Origin: Octopus sinensis
Lineage: Eukaryota
NCBI RefSeq assembly: GCF_006345805.1
Contig: NW_021835940.1
Span: 1-37,191, forward strand
Reading direction: 5' to 3'
Length of the DNA: 37,191 nt
Of the stretch, positions 21,283 to 30,312 are shown piece after piece. The translations under genes were made by a program, and so were the position numbers. Every line of letters begins with the position of its first letter. Position 1 is the stretch's first letter. Under the pieces are notes generated by a model. The model saw only the letters and a program-made list of their open reading frames with translations, did no database searches and had not been told where the DNA came from.

Positions 21283-24026
21283 CAGACGTCACCAAACTAC
21301 GGCCCGCGGGCCGGATCCGGCCCGCGACAACATTTTATCCGGCCCGCGCACTATTTCGAGATATTCAATTAATACCTTAATAATTAACTTAAATAAAAAC
21401 TTTAATTAAAAAATTAAACTATTTTGCAAGATTTAATTTGAAAAAAAACTTATCAGCATTAACAGGGGTCACCAAACTTTTTGCACTCGCGGGCCGGATT
21501 GACCCCAACACAATGAACGCGGGCCGGAGCACGTGCATAGCACGGAGCAAAATATCAATCTCACTTCGGAGTTTATAAAATCTATTTAATACATTACCAC
21601 AGCTAAGCCATCTAACTGCAGTGTAATATGGTAAGTCAAAATATTCAGATCCAAAATCGTCAAGTAAAACTTTAAACTGACGGTGATTAAGTGAGCTCCC
21701 TCGAACAAAGTTTATTATGCGAATAACTGGATTCAACACACATAAAATATTAAGAGCCTTCGCACATAGTGCGTGCTGATGAAGGATGCAATGAATGAAC
21801 AAAGTGTTTGAAATATGTAATTCCTCCAATTTATTAGTTATTTGCCCAACTAGACCTTTTTAGAACCAGCCATATTCTTTGCCCCGTCAATCGTAACACA
21901 ACTCAGTTTCTCCCATTCAAGGTTATAGTCACTTATAGTTTGTTCCAATTCATCAAAAATATCTTTTCCAGTGGTTGTTCCATGAATAGAACAAACAGAT
22001 GCCAGTTCTTCAGTTATGGAAATATTCTCATCAACTCCACGAATAAAAATAAGAAGTTGCGATGTTCCCGAAATGTCAACTGACTCATCCAATGCAAGAG
22101 AATACCACAACATATTACTTGTCTTTTCACAAATTTGTAAATATATATTTTTTCCAAGCTCTTCAGTTCTCCGTGATACAGAACTCGCCGACAAACTTAT
22201 TCCATCAAATAAGGAAGAATTTAGTGGGCACAAACAATTAACTGCTTCAATAATGCAATTTTTGATATACATCCCATCACTAAAGGGTTTCCCGTGTTGT
22301 GAAATAATTTTCGTTATCTCGTATCCAGCTCTTGTTACATTTTCATTATTTTCAAAATTTTTTTTTATAAGGCCTTGTTGAATTTGTAAAGTGCGTTTCA
22401 GTGATTCAACTTTATCCTCACGTAGCTTTCCAGTGTACTTGGAATATATCGGAGCATGATTCGTTTCATAATGACGTCGAATGTTATACTCCTTCATAAC
22501 AGAGAGATGTTCGTGGCATATTAAACAATAAGCTTTCTGCTTTAATTCATCTTTCGCAAAAAATACTTCAATTCCCATAATTTATTGAATACACGGCATT
22601 CGCGGTCAACCTTTCTTTTCATATTAGACGCAACAAAGAAAAATTTAACGTTAATGCTGATAAGTTTTTTTTCAAATTAAATCTTGCAAAATAGTTTAAT
22701 TTTTTAATTAAAGTTTTTATTTAAGTTAATTATTAAGGTATTAATTGAATATCTCGAAATAGTGCGCGGGCCGGATAAAATGTTGTCGCGGGCCGGATCC
22801 GGCCCGCGGGCCGTAGTTTGGTGACGTCTGAGCATTAACGTTAAATTTTTCTTTGTTGCGTCTAATATGAAAAGAAAGGTTGACCGCGAATGCCGTGTAT
22901 TCAATAAATTATGGGAATTGAAGTATTTTTTGCGAAAGATGAATTAAAGCAGAAAGCTTATTGTTTAATATGCCACGAACATCTCTCTGTTATGAAGGAG
23001 TATAACATTCGACGTCATTATGAAACGAATCATGCTCCGATATATTCCAAGTACACTGGAAGCTACGTGAGGATAAAGTTGAATCACTGAAACGCACTTT
23101 ACAAATTCAACAAGGCCTTATAAAAAAAAATTTTGAAAATAATGAAAATGTAACAAGAGCTGGATACGAGATAACGAAAATTATTTCACAACACGGGAAA
23201 CCCTTTAGTGATGGGATGTATATCAAAAATTGCATTATTGAAGCAGTTAATTGTTTGTGCCCACTAAATTCTTCCTTATTTGATGGAATAAGTTTGTCGG
23301 CGAGTTCTGTATCACGGAGAACTGAAGAGCTTGGAAAAAATATATATTACAAATTTGTGAAAAGACAAGTAATATGTTGTGGTATTCTCTTGCATTGGAT
23401 GAGTCAGTTGACATTTCGGGAACATCGCAACTTCTTATTTTTATTCGTGGAGTTGATGAGAATATTTCCATAACTGAAGAACTGGCATCTGTTTGTTCTA
23501 TTCATGGAACAACCACTGGAAAAGATATTTTTGATGAATTGGAACAAACTATAAGTGACTATAACCTTGAATGGGAGAAACTGAGTTGTGTTACGATTGA
23601 CGGGGCAAAGAATATGGCTGGTTCTAAAAAGGGTCTAGTTGGGCAAATAACTAATAAATTGGAGGAATTACATATTTCAAACACTTTGTTCATTCATTGC
23701 ATCCTTCATCAGCACGCACTATGTGCGAAGGCTCTTAATATTTTATGTGTGTTGAATCCAGTTATTCGCATAATAAACTTTGTTCGAGGGAGCTCACTTA
23801 ATCACCGTCAGTTTAAAGTTTTACTTGACGATTTTGGATCTGAATATTTTGACTTACCATATTACACTGCAGTTAGATGGCTTAGCTGTGGTAATGTATT
23901 AAATAGATTTTATAAAACTCCGAAGTGAGATTGATATTTTGCTCCGTGCTATGCACGTGCTCCGGCCCGCGTTCATTGTGTTGGGGTCAATCCGGCCCGC
24001 GAGTGCAAAAAGTTTGGTGACCCCTG
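21283..24026 (+). mobile_element. Buster/SPIN (GTF2IRD2-like) hAT, internally deleted, outer copy
   Basis: TIRs CAGACGTCACCAAACT / AGTTTGGTGACCCCTG, TSD GTCTAAAC (21275-21282, 24027-24034) and GGCCCGC subterminal repeats. Transposase from ATG 22867 (MKRKVDRECRVF…CLIC…RRHYETNH…ALDESVD…IDGAKNM…HCILHQ…VRWLS) lacks the C-terminal third. Confidence 0.93.
21463..22830 (-). mobile_element. Inverted copy of the same Buster hAT nested in itself
   Basis: Same TIRs, same internal deletion and same length (~1368 bp). It has its own 8-bp TSD AGCATTAA (21455-21462, 22831-22838). Confidence 0.93.
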
Positions 24027-24094
24027 GTCTAAACCATTAATAAAACAGACTTGACTTTAAGTTGAAGAGAAAACTTACATCATACTCTGAAATT

Positions 24095-24420
24095 AATTTT
24101 TATTATGACCACTTTTCATGATAAAATAATGCCGGCGACAGAGAAGTTCAATTTTATCGGCGCCGAACGAATTACTAGTTTTTTCAATTTTCCGCTTCAA
24201 ATGAAGTCTTTAGATTAAAAAGATTAATACTTATCATTTTTAAACAAAAATGATAAGCTTTTTCACCCAACCGGCGTCGACCCGGATATTCATATTCTCC
24301 GGGAATATCCCAATTAACACTTTCTTAATTTGATTGTATTCGGAAATATTTCTAACGTAAAATTAATTTACTTAATTTACTTTTGAGTAGGCCATTTTTA
24401 AAGATAATTCAATTGAATTT
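24095..24420 (-). mobile_element. Relic homologous to the interior of the 29077-30098 element; Ginger/GIN-like integrase N-terminus
   Basis: The reverse complement shares AATTATCTTT(T)AAAAATGGCyTACyCAAAAGTA and CGAATACAATCAAATTAAGAAAGyGTTAATyGGGATATTCCCGGAG with 29226-29372. It translates to EYNQIKKVLIGIFPENMN…RRRLGEKAYHF…LHLKRKIEKLVI…DKIELLCRRH…GH. Confidence 0.55.
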
Positions 24421-24447
24421 TTAATCAGAATTTTGATTTATCTATAC

Positions 24448-25340
24448 CAGGGGTGCGCAAGCTTTTTGGGTTTGCGGCCGCATAGCATTTATTTTTCCTT
24501 CTCTTCCACGGCCGCACATTTTCTGCATTATTTTTTCGATATTAATTAGTAATTTTTTTTAATTATTAAAAGTGACCGCATAAGTTGCCCATTGTCATCG
24601 AGACCGAATGAGTTCTTGGACAGGAAATGCTCTCGTTCATCAGGGACATCATATTATTAAAATAAATAATTATTTCATGGACAAAAAATAAGAAAGAAGG
24701 AAAGTTAATTAAAAGAAATGTATTATACAAGTTATTCTAATGACGGCCAGGATCTTTGGTATTTTTTGCGAGCTTATTGAAATCCACTGGTAGGGTAGAT
24801 ATCATTATGCGCAAACATGACTCTAAGTTTGCATCCGTTATCCAAGATCTATATTGACTTTTTAAATATTTCATTTTGGAAAATGTAGACTCACATAAAT
24901 ATGTGCTTCCGAATGGCGCATTCAATTTGAAATTCCAATGTAATTCAATTTGAAATTCCAATGGCGCATTCTCAATCGAAACAGTATGTGGTGCTGCAGT
25001 TAATTGAAGTTTGAGTTCAATTTTTTTAAATTCGTTAAATCGCTCTTCAAATTGTTTCGAAATATAATCGAATTAGTATTAAATGTATTTGGTGTAATGA
25101 GTAAAAGTTTGATATTTCTTTTCGTAAATCAAGCACACGACATGCTGTTTCACACCTTGTGATAGCCATCGAACTTGTGCATGGTATAAAATGTCTTCAG
25201 CAGATATTTCACTACCGGAAAGAATGTACGAAACTGTCTATGTCTCAATGCATTGTTTCGGATATATAATAATTTGTTTTACTTCATTAAGTGTATCTTC
25301 AATTTTTTTCATTTGTGAATAAAGTGCTTGTTGGTGAAAT
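24448..25340 (-). mobile_element. Degraded Buster-type hAT (3' part)
   Basis: TIR CAGGGGTGCGCAAG preceded by ATCTATAC; FGSTYLCESTFSKMKYLKSQYRSWITDANLESCLR; upstream HQQAL and VRWLS remnants. Confidence 0.8.
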
Positions 25341-25688
25341 GAAAAAGAAAAAATTGTGTTTTAAAAAATTCAAAATAAGTAAAAAAAACGATTAAAGAAA
25401 TAAAATCGGAAAATATCACACAAAAATGATGAAATTTCAAATAATTCAACCATTAAAAGAAACTGCATCCCGAAATATTCCTTTGAATCCAATTAAATAT
25501 ATAAATAAAGGTAAACCAAATAAAGACAACAGCGCTACATAATGAAAATAAATTAAGCCGTTTATGATAATTACTTTTAATAAAGGTTAACCATTATATA
25601 AAAATAGAATTCTATATAATATGAATATTTTTAATTATTATTTAGGGTTTTTCTTGATTAATTAACACTATGAGCCTTATATTTAAGA

Positions 25689-26264
25689 CTAGCTCGGCAG
25701 CTCGCTTCGCTCACCGCGACCTAGCTCCTGCGGAGGGCCTGTTTCATCAAACAACTATAAGTTTATGTAGATGTATAAAACTACCTGGTTTAATGTAACC
25801 CTATTCTATCGCCTGTTGATAAACGATGTTTGTCGTCCGTCCTTCCTTGGCATATATGAATAAATTTTCTCTTCTGCCTACCTCGAGCATCCCACATACA
25901 GCTGTCCATGTGAAAAGCACTCACTCTCTAAAAATAACCCAACTACCTTTAATGACTGTCCCTGGCCTTGTTTATTGTCATTGCAAAACTCATCCTCAAG
26001 GAAATTGCAGCCTTTTAAATCTAAATGGTAATTCATCAGAAATTATCGGAATTCGTGGAATATAAACAATCCTCACCTCTATACTTACTTTAATATCGTC
26101 GCCTCTATTACGTTAGCCATCAAATTTTGATAACTAACCTCGTTCCGTTGCATAATTTAGGTGGCGCAAGATTTCGTAATAAAACCACTGGAACGCCTAT
26201 CTTTAACTTTAAAAGATTCGATCGGCATTCCAGAGGGATCTAAGGAGTTTAAAATTCAATCCGG
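25689..26264 (-). mobile_element. Helitron 3'-terminal fragment with intact terminator
   Basis: Near-identical to 30313-30847 (helicase C-terminus). Ends with GCGGTGAGCGAAGCGAGCTGC stem-loop, then CGAGCTAG, then T. Confidence 0.9.
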
Positions 26265-26478
26265 TTGAATTTTTAGAAAATAACAAAAAAAATAAAAAAA
26301 ACAAATAAAAATAAATAATAAAAAAAAACTTTAAAAATTTGTAAAATAGTATAAACAAAAAAATCTCTGCCGCCACGGCAACAACCTGTCTAATTTTTTT
26401 AACAGCCAATTAAGATAATGCTTAAAAGCCTTTATAGTCCGGAGATTTAGCTTAGTGACCTTGATTAGACAAACCACT

Positions 26479-26538
26479 GGCGGAAATGGGACAGGCGGAG
26501 ATGCGGCAGGCGGAGATGCGGCAGGCAGAGTAGCAGCA
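26479..26538 (+). repeat. 15-bp GC-rich minisatellite, 4 units
   Basis: GGCGGAAATGGGACA GGCGGAGATGCGGCA GGCGGAGATGCGGCA GGCAGAGTAGCAGCA. Confidence 0.8.
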
Positions 26539-26584
26539 GCCAAAAAAGCGACACACAAAAAAGATTTAATTAATTAACTAAAGT

Positions 26585-28803
26585 CGGAGGAAAAGTTGCT
26601 AGGCGACGTGGGGAGCCTCGAGAAGTGTCATGGTTATTCCAACAAATGGAATAGCTGTCGTTCGCGGCAATGCACACTCCATCATGCGTGCAACCGCAAG
26701 TGCCTTTCTCTAAAATAGTTCCCGTTTGAGTTCGGCAAGTCTCTGTTATGGGATGCGACGTGTTCAGACACTTTCTCGGAGCTCAACCTTCCTTCTTCAG
26801 CTGTCGAGCCTGGCTCAGTCTCTCGCAAAACCGAGAAGATGAAGATTGGAAAGTACAAGGAGCTCTCTGAACGGTATCTGTTCACTCCCATCGCCGTCGA
26901 GACTTCCGGCGTCATCGGCGAAAAGTCTCTTTCCTTCTAAAAAAGCTTGGCCGCATGATTCTCCCATAAACGGGGAGACCCACGCGAGTCCAAGTGGCTT
27001 TTCGAAAGGTTCCTTGGCCATAGTACGTGGAAACTGTGTTTCCATTTACGATGCGGGGGAATTTAGTTAGTTAATAACTATTTGTTAATTACATATAATG
27101 TTAAATTGAGTTAACTAATTGTTAATATTGATGTACAGTGGGGCAAAAAAGTCATGGCACCTTTGCAAATTTTGACTAAATTTAACAATTCTTTGCAAAA
27201 AAATTATTAAATACATTACTTTAAAAAATAAATTAGTAATATAGAACTTTTTAGATAAATTATTAAAAAAACTATCTTAAAGGGAATTATTAATAGTGCA
27301 CTAATTAACGATTTATTTTTAAAAGTCAATTTTTTGAGGGAAAAAAGTAATGGCACGAAATCCAATTAATATTTAGTTGCATTCCCTTTTGCTAGCAGAA
27401 CTGCCTCCAATCGTTTTTTGTAAGAAAAAATTAGTTTTTTACATTCTACTTTAGAAATATTTTTCCATTCTTCGTAGCAAATTGTTTTTAATTCCTGGAT
27501 ATTTTTTGGTTTTCTTAAGCCAACTTTTATTTTTAATATTTTCCATAAGTTTTCGATGGGATTCAGGTCTGGCGATTGACTTGGCCATTCCAAAACATTT
27601 ATTTTGTTTTTTTCTAACCATTTAACGGTTACTTTTGACTTGTGCTTAGGATCGTTGTCATGCTGGAATGTCCAATGTTGTGTCAAATTTAAGTTCGCGA
27701 CCGAAGGTAAAAGACATTTTTCCAAAATTCGCAATATTTAAAAGAATTCATCATTCCATCAATTACAAATAGTTCACCAACACCTGTTGATGAAAAACAA
27801 CCCCACAACATGATACTACCTCCCCCGTGCTTTACGGTAGGTATGGTGCATTTTGGATATATACGCCTGATTTGATTTGCGCCAATTGAAAGCGTGTAGT
27901 TCAGTCCAAAAAGTTGTATTTTTGATTCGTCCGACCACAAAATATTGTTTATGAATTCATTTTCTTTGTTCAAAAGATTTTTTGCATATTGGATTCGCGC
28001 TGAAAGGTGTATTTTCTTTAATAACGGAACTCGACGGGGCCTTCGCTTATTGATACCTTCTTTGCGTAGTGTAGAAGTGATTGTACGAAGGGACACTGAC
28101 GTTCCTGTGATTTTTAAATGATCGGCCAATTCTTTTCGAGTTAATTTTGGGTTTGAAGTAACTAATCTTTTCATTAATGAAGAAGAACGCAGAGATATCT
28201 TTTTTGGAGCACCCGATCTTGGTTTATTAATAACAGTTCCGCGTTGCTTCCATCGAGTAATAATATTTCGAACAGTACTTTTTGGTAATATCAACAATTT
28301 AGAAATCTCTCCATAACTTTTACCGTTTTGGTGGGCAGTTACAACTCGTTGTTTTAGGTCCAAAGAATGCTCTTTTTCTCATCGACGAGATAATTTTAAT
28401 AAAAGGCGAAAAATAAAAGTATATTTATACTAATCGGAATCTACTAATCAATTATATAATAGAACTAAGAATCAATTATTTCAAAGAAAAACACAAGGCA
28501 CCAAAAGATAATCATTTGTATCTTATTGTCAAAAAAATCCATATTTTTTGATAGTGTCATCACTTTTTTACACATCAATTTGGACGTTTTTCTAAATATG
28601 AAGAAAAACAATTATATTTATTTGAAATTCATGAATTAATTAGCACGAAATGGGTTCAAAAGAATGCAAGATTTTATTGTGTAGCATGATGAACTAAATC
28701 GAAAAAGTATCATTGTAAAAATATATTGAATTAAAAAAAATGATAGGTGTGCCATGACTTATTTGCCCCACTGTATATTATAGTGTTAAAATGAAAAAAA
28801 AAA
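26585..28803 (+). mobile_element. CRE-like non-LTR 3' fragment, copy C, with Tc1 inserted in its 3' UTR
   Basis: PFEFGKSLLWDATCSDT…EKMKIGKY…YLFTPIAVETSGVIG…DPRESKWL…AIVRGNCVSI (RLE domain). Poly(A) at 28795-28803. Candidate TSD TAATTAACT(A/T)AAGT at 26571-26584 and 28804-28817. Confidence 0.8.
27136..28773 (-). mobile_element. Full-length Tc1 (DD34E) element with IR/DR ends, frameshifted transposase
   Basis: TIRs CAGTGGGGCAAAAAAGTCATGGCAC / GTGCCATGACTTATTTGCCCCACTG flanked by TA. Inner repeats near 27342-27357 and 28552-28568. HTH, RSGAPKK, WSDESK, TVKHGGG, HDNDPKH and SPDLNPIENLW present. Confidence 0.95.
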
Positions 28804-28823
28804 TAATTAACTTAAGTTGACCG

Positions 28824-29060
28824 TTTTTCTTCAGCTTCGTTTTTCCTCCTTCGGTTATCTATTTAAAAATTATTTTTGAATAATAAAAAATAGTGGAAAA
28901 AAGAGGCATACAGAAAATAAATTCTATCTTTACGAAAAACTTCTTTTCTTAAGGTCGTCTTCCATCCTTCGGTTATCTATTGAAAAAATTATTTTTGAAT
29001 AATAAAAAAGTTTAGGAAAAGAGGCATACCGAAAATAAATTCTATCTTTACGAAAAACTT
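28824..29060 (+). repeat. ~119-bp tandem duplication (2 diverged units)
   Basis: TCCTTCGGTTATCTATT…GAGGCATAC.GAAAATAAATTCTATCTTTACGAAAAACTT occurs twice in tandem. Confidence 0.85.
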
Positions 29061-29076
29061 AACTAAATAGTTAATA

Positions 29077-30098
29077 TGTCACATGGGCGACTATGTCGCT
29101 ATGGGCAGCCAGTCCTTTTACGTGTTTCTATGGAAACCGCAGAAAAGGTATTAAATATTGAATATAGCAATTTATATATGGAAGAGTGTAGATTAATCAA
29201 TTATTCTAATTAAAATTACATTTGAATTATCTTTTAAAAATGGCTTACCCAAAAGTATATTAATTTTAACAGCGTGGTTACTCACACTTTGTGATGTCTG
29301 GTTTAAGGGTTACGTCAGAATATTAACGAATACAATCAAATTAAGAAAGCGTTAATCGGGATATTCCCGGAGGATATGAATGCTCGAAGCAAACACCGGT
29401 TGGCCAAAAGGCTTCCAATTTTTGTAAAAAATGTCTGAAGAATCGTCAGCAGAAACATCATTTAATTTCGAGTTAGGGTTTGGGTTAAGGTCAGGGTTAG
29501 ATTTTGAATATTTATGTTGGCACTTGCCAACGTTAGGGTTTGGGTTAAGGTTAGGGTTTAGATTTTGAATATTTATGTTGTCACTTGCCAACGTTAGGGT
29601 TTGGATTAAGGTTAGGGTTAGATTTTGAATATTTATGTTGTCACTTGCCAACGTTAGGGTTTGGGTTAAGGTTAGGGTTAGATTTTGAATATTTATGTTG
29701 TCACTTGCCAACGTTAGGGTTTGGATTAAGGTTAGGGTTAGATTTTGAATATTTATGTTGTCACTTGCCACGTTAGGGTTTGGGTTAGAGTTAAAGTTGT
29801 TACAAACTTTGCAAAAATTTGATGTAAATTATAATTTGCTAATGTTGCAATTTATATTATCAAAAATAAAAATAATTCACGTTATAATTTGCTAATGTTG
29901 TAAAGAATTTTATTATTTTAAAGCAAGCATGGTTCAAATATAAAACATCATTTTCTCAAAAATTTAAAGTTCAATCATTAGTTCGGATCGATTGCCTTTA
30001 TTTTAGTTGGCCTTTTAGTAAATATTTGCTATGTATGTTGCCATGGAAACACGTAAAGGCCAGGTTGCCCATAGGGGTCTGATCACCCATGTGTGACA
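29077..30098 (+). mobile_element. Non-autonomous TIR element with TGT..ACA ends (Ginger-like)
   Basis: ~60-bp imperfect TIRs (TGTCACATGGGCGA…CTATGGGCAGCC…TTTACGTGTTTCTATGGAAAC versus its mirror at 30037-30098). 5-bp direct repeat TAATA at 29072-29076 and 30099-30103. Remnant of an integrase-like N-terminus inside. Confidence 0.7.
29472..29790 (+). repeat. 60-bp tandem repeat (~5.3 units) with TTAGGG-like tracts
   Basis: Unit GTTAGGGTTTGGGTTAAGGTTAGGGTTAGATTTTGAATATTTATGTTGTCACTTGCCAAC. Confidence 0.95.
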
Positions 30099-30312
30099 TA
30101 ATATTTTTACGCAAATTCTTCTGATTGCGCTGTCAATTGGTGGTAAATTGTGTTAATGATTGTGCTAATGCGGGTTTCAACTATCAAAGTGTTTTCAAAA
30201 TCTGTTAATTGCACACTCTATTCAAGGTCGTGCAATCTGTAATTGCACATTCTGTCAAAGTCAAATATGATAATAGCTTTAATTTTGATTCATGGTCGAT
30301 AATTATTAATAA

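Noticed and set aside
21463-24026. Inverted duplication as an assembly fold-back artefact
   Set aside because: Breakpoints coincide exactly with TIR ends and a distinct 8-bp TSD.
24027-24060. hAT target site overlapping the 3' splice site of a tiny intron in an interrupted host gene (…GGTTTAG|AC on minus)
   Set aside because: Plausible 22- or 27-nt introns exist across the empty site, but no unique open upstream exon could be built and nearby sequence looks TE-derived.
29472-29790. CRISPR array or true telomere; ORFs 29352..29771 and 29585..29776
   Set aside because: Units are fully repeated with no unique spacers, the context is eukaryotic, the array is internal to a TIR element, and the ORFs are repeat translations.
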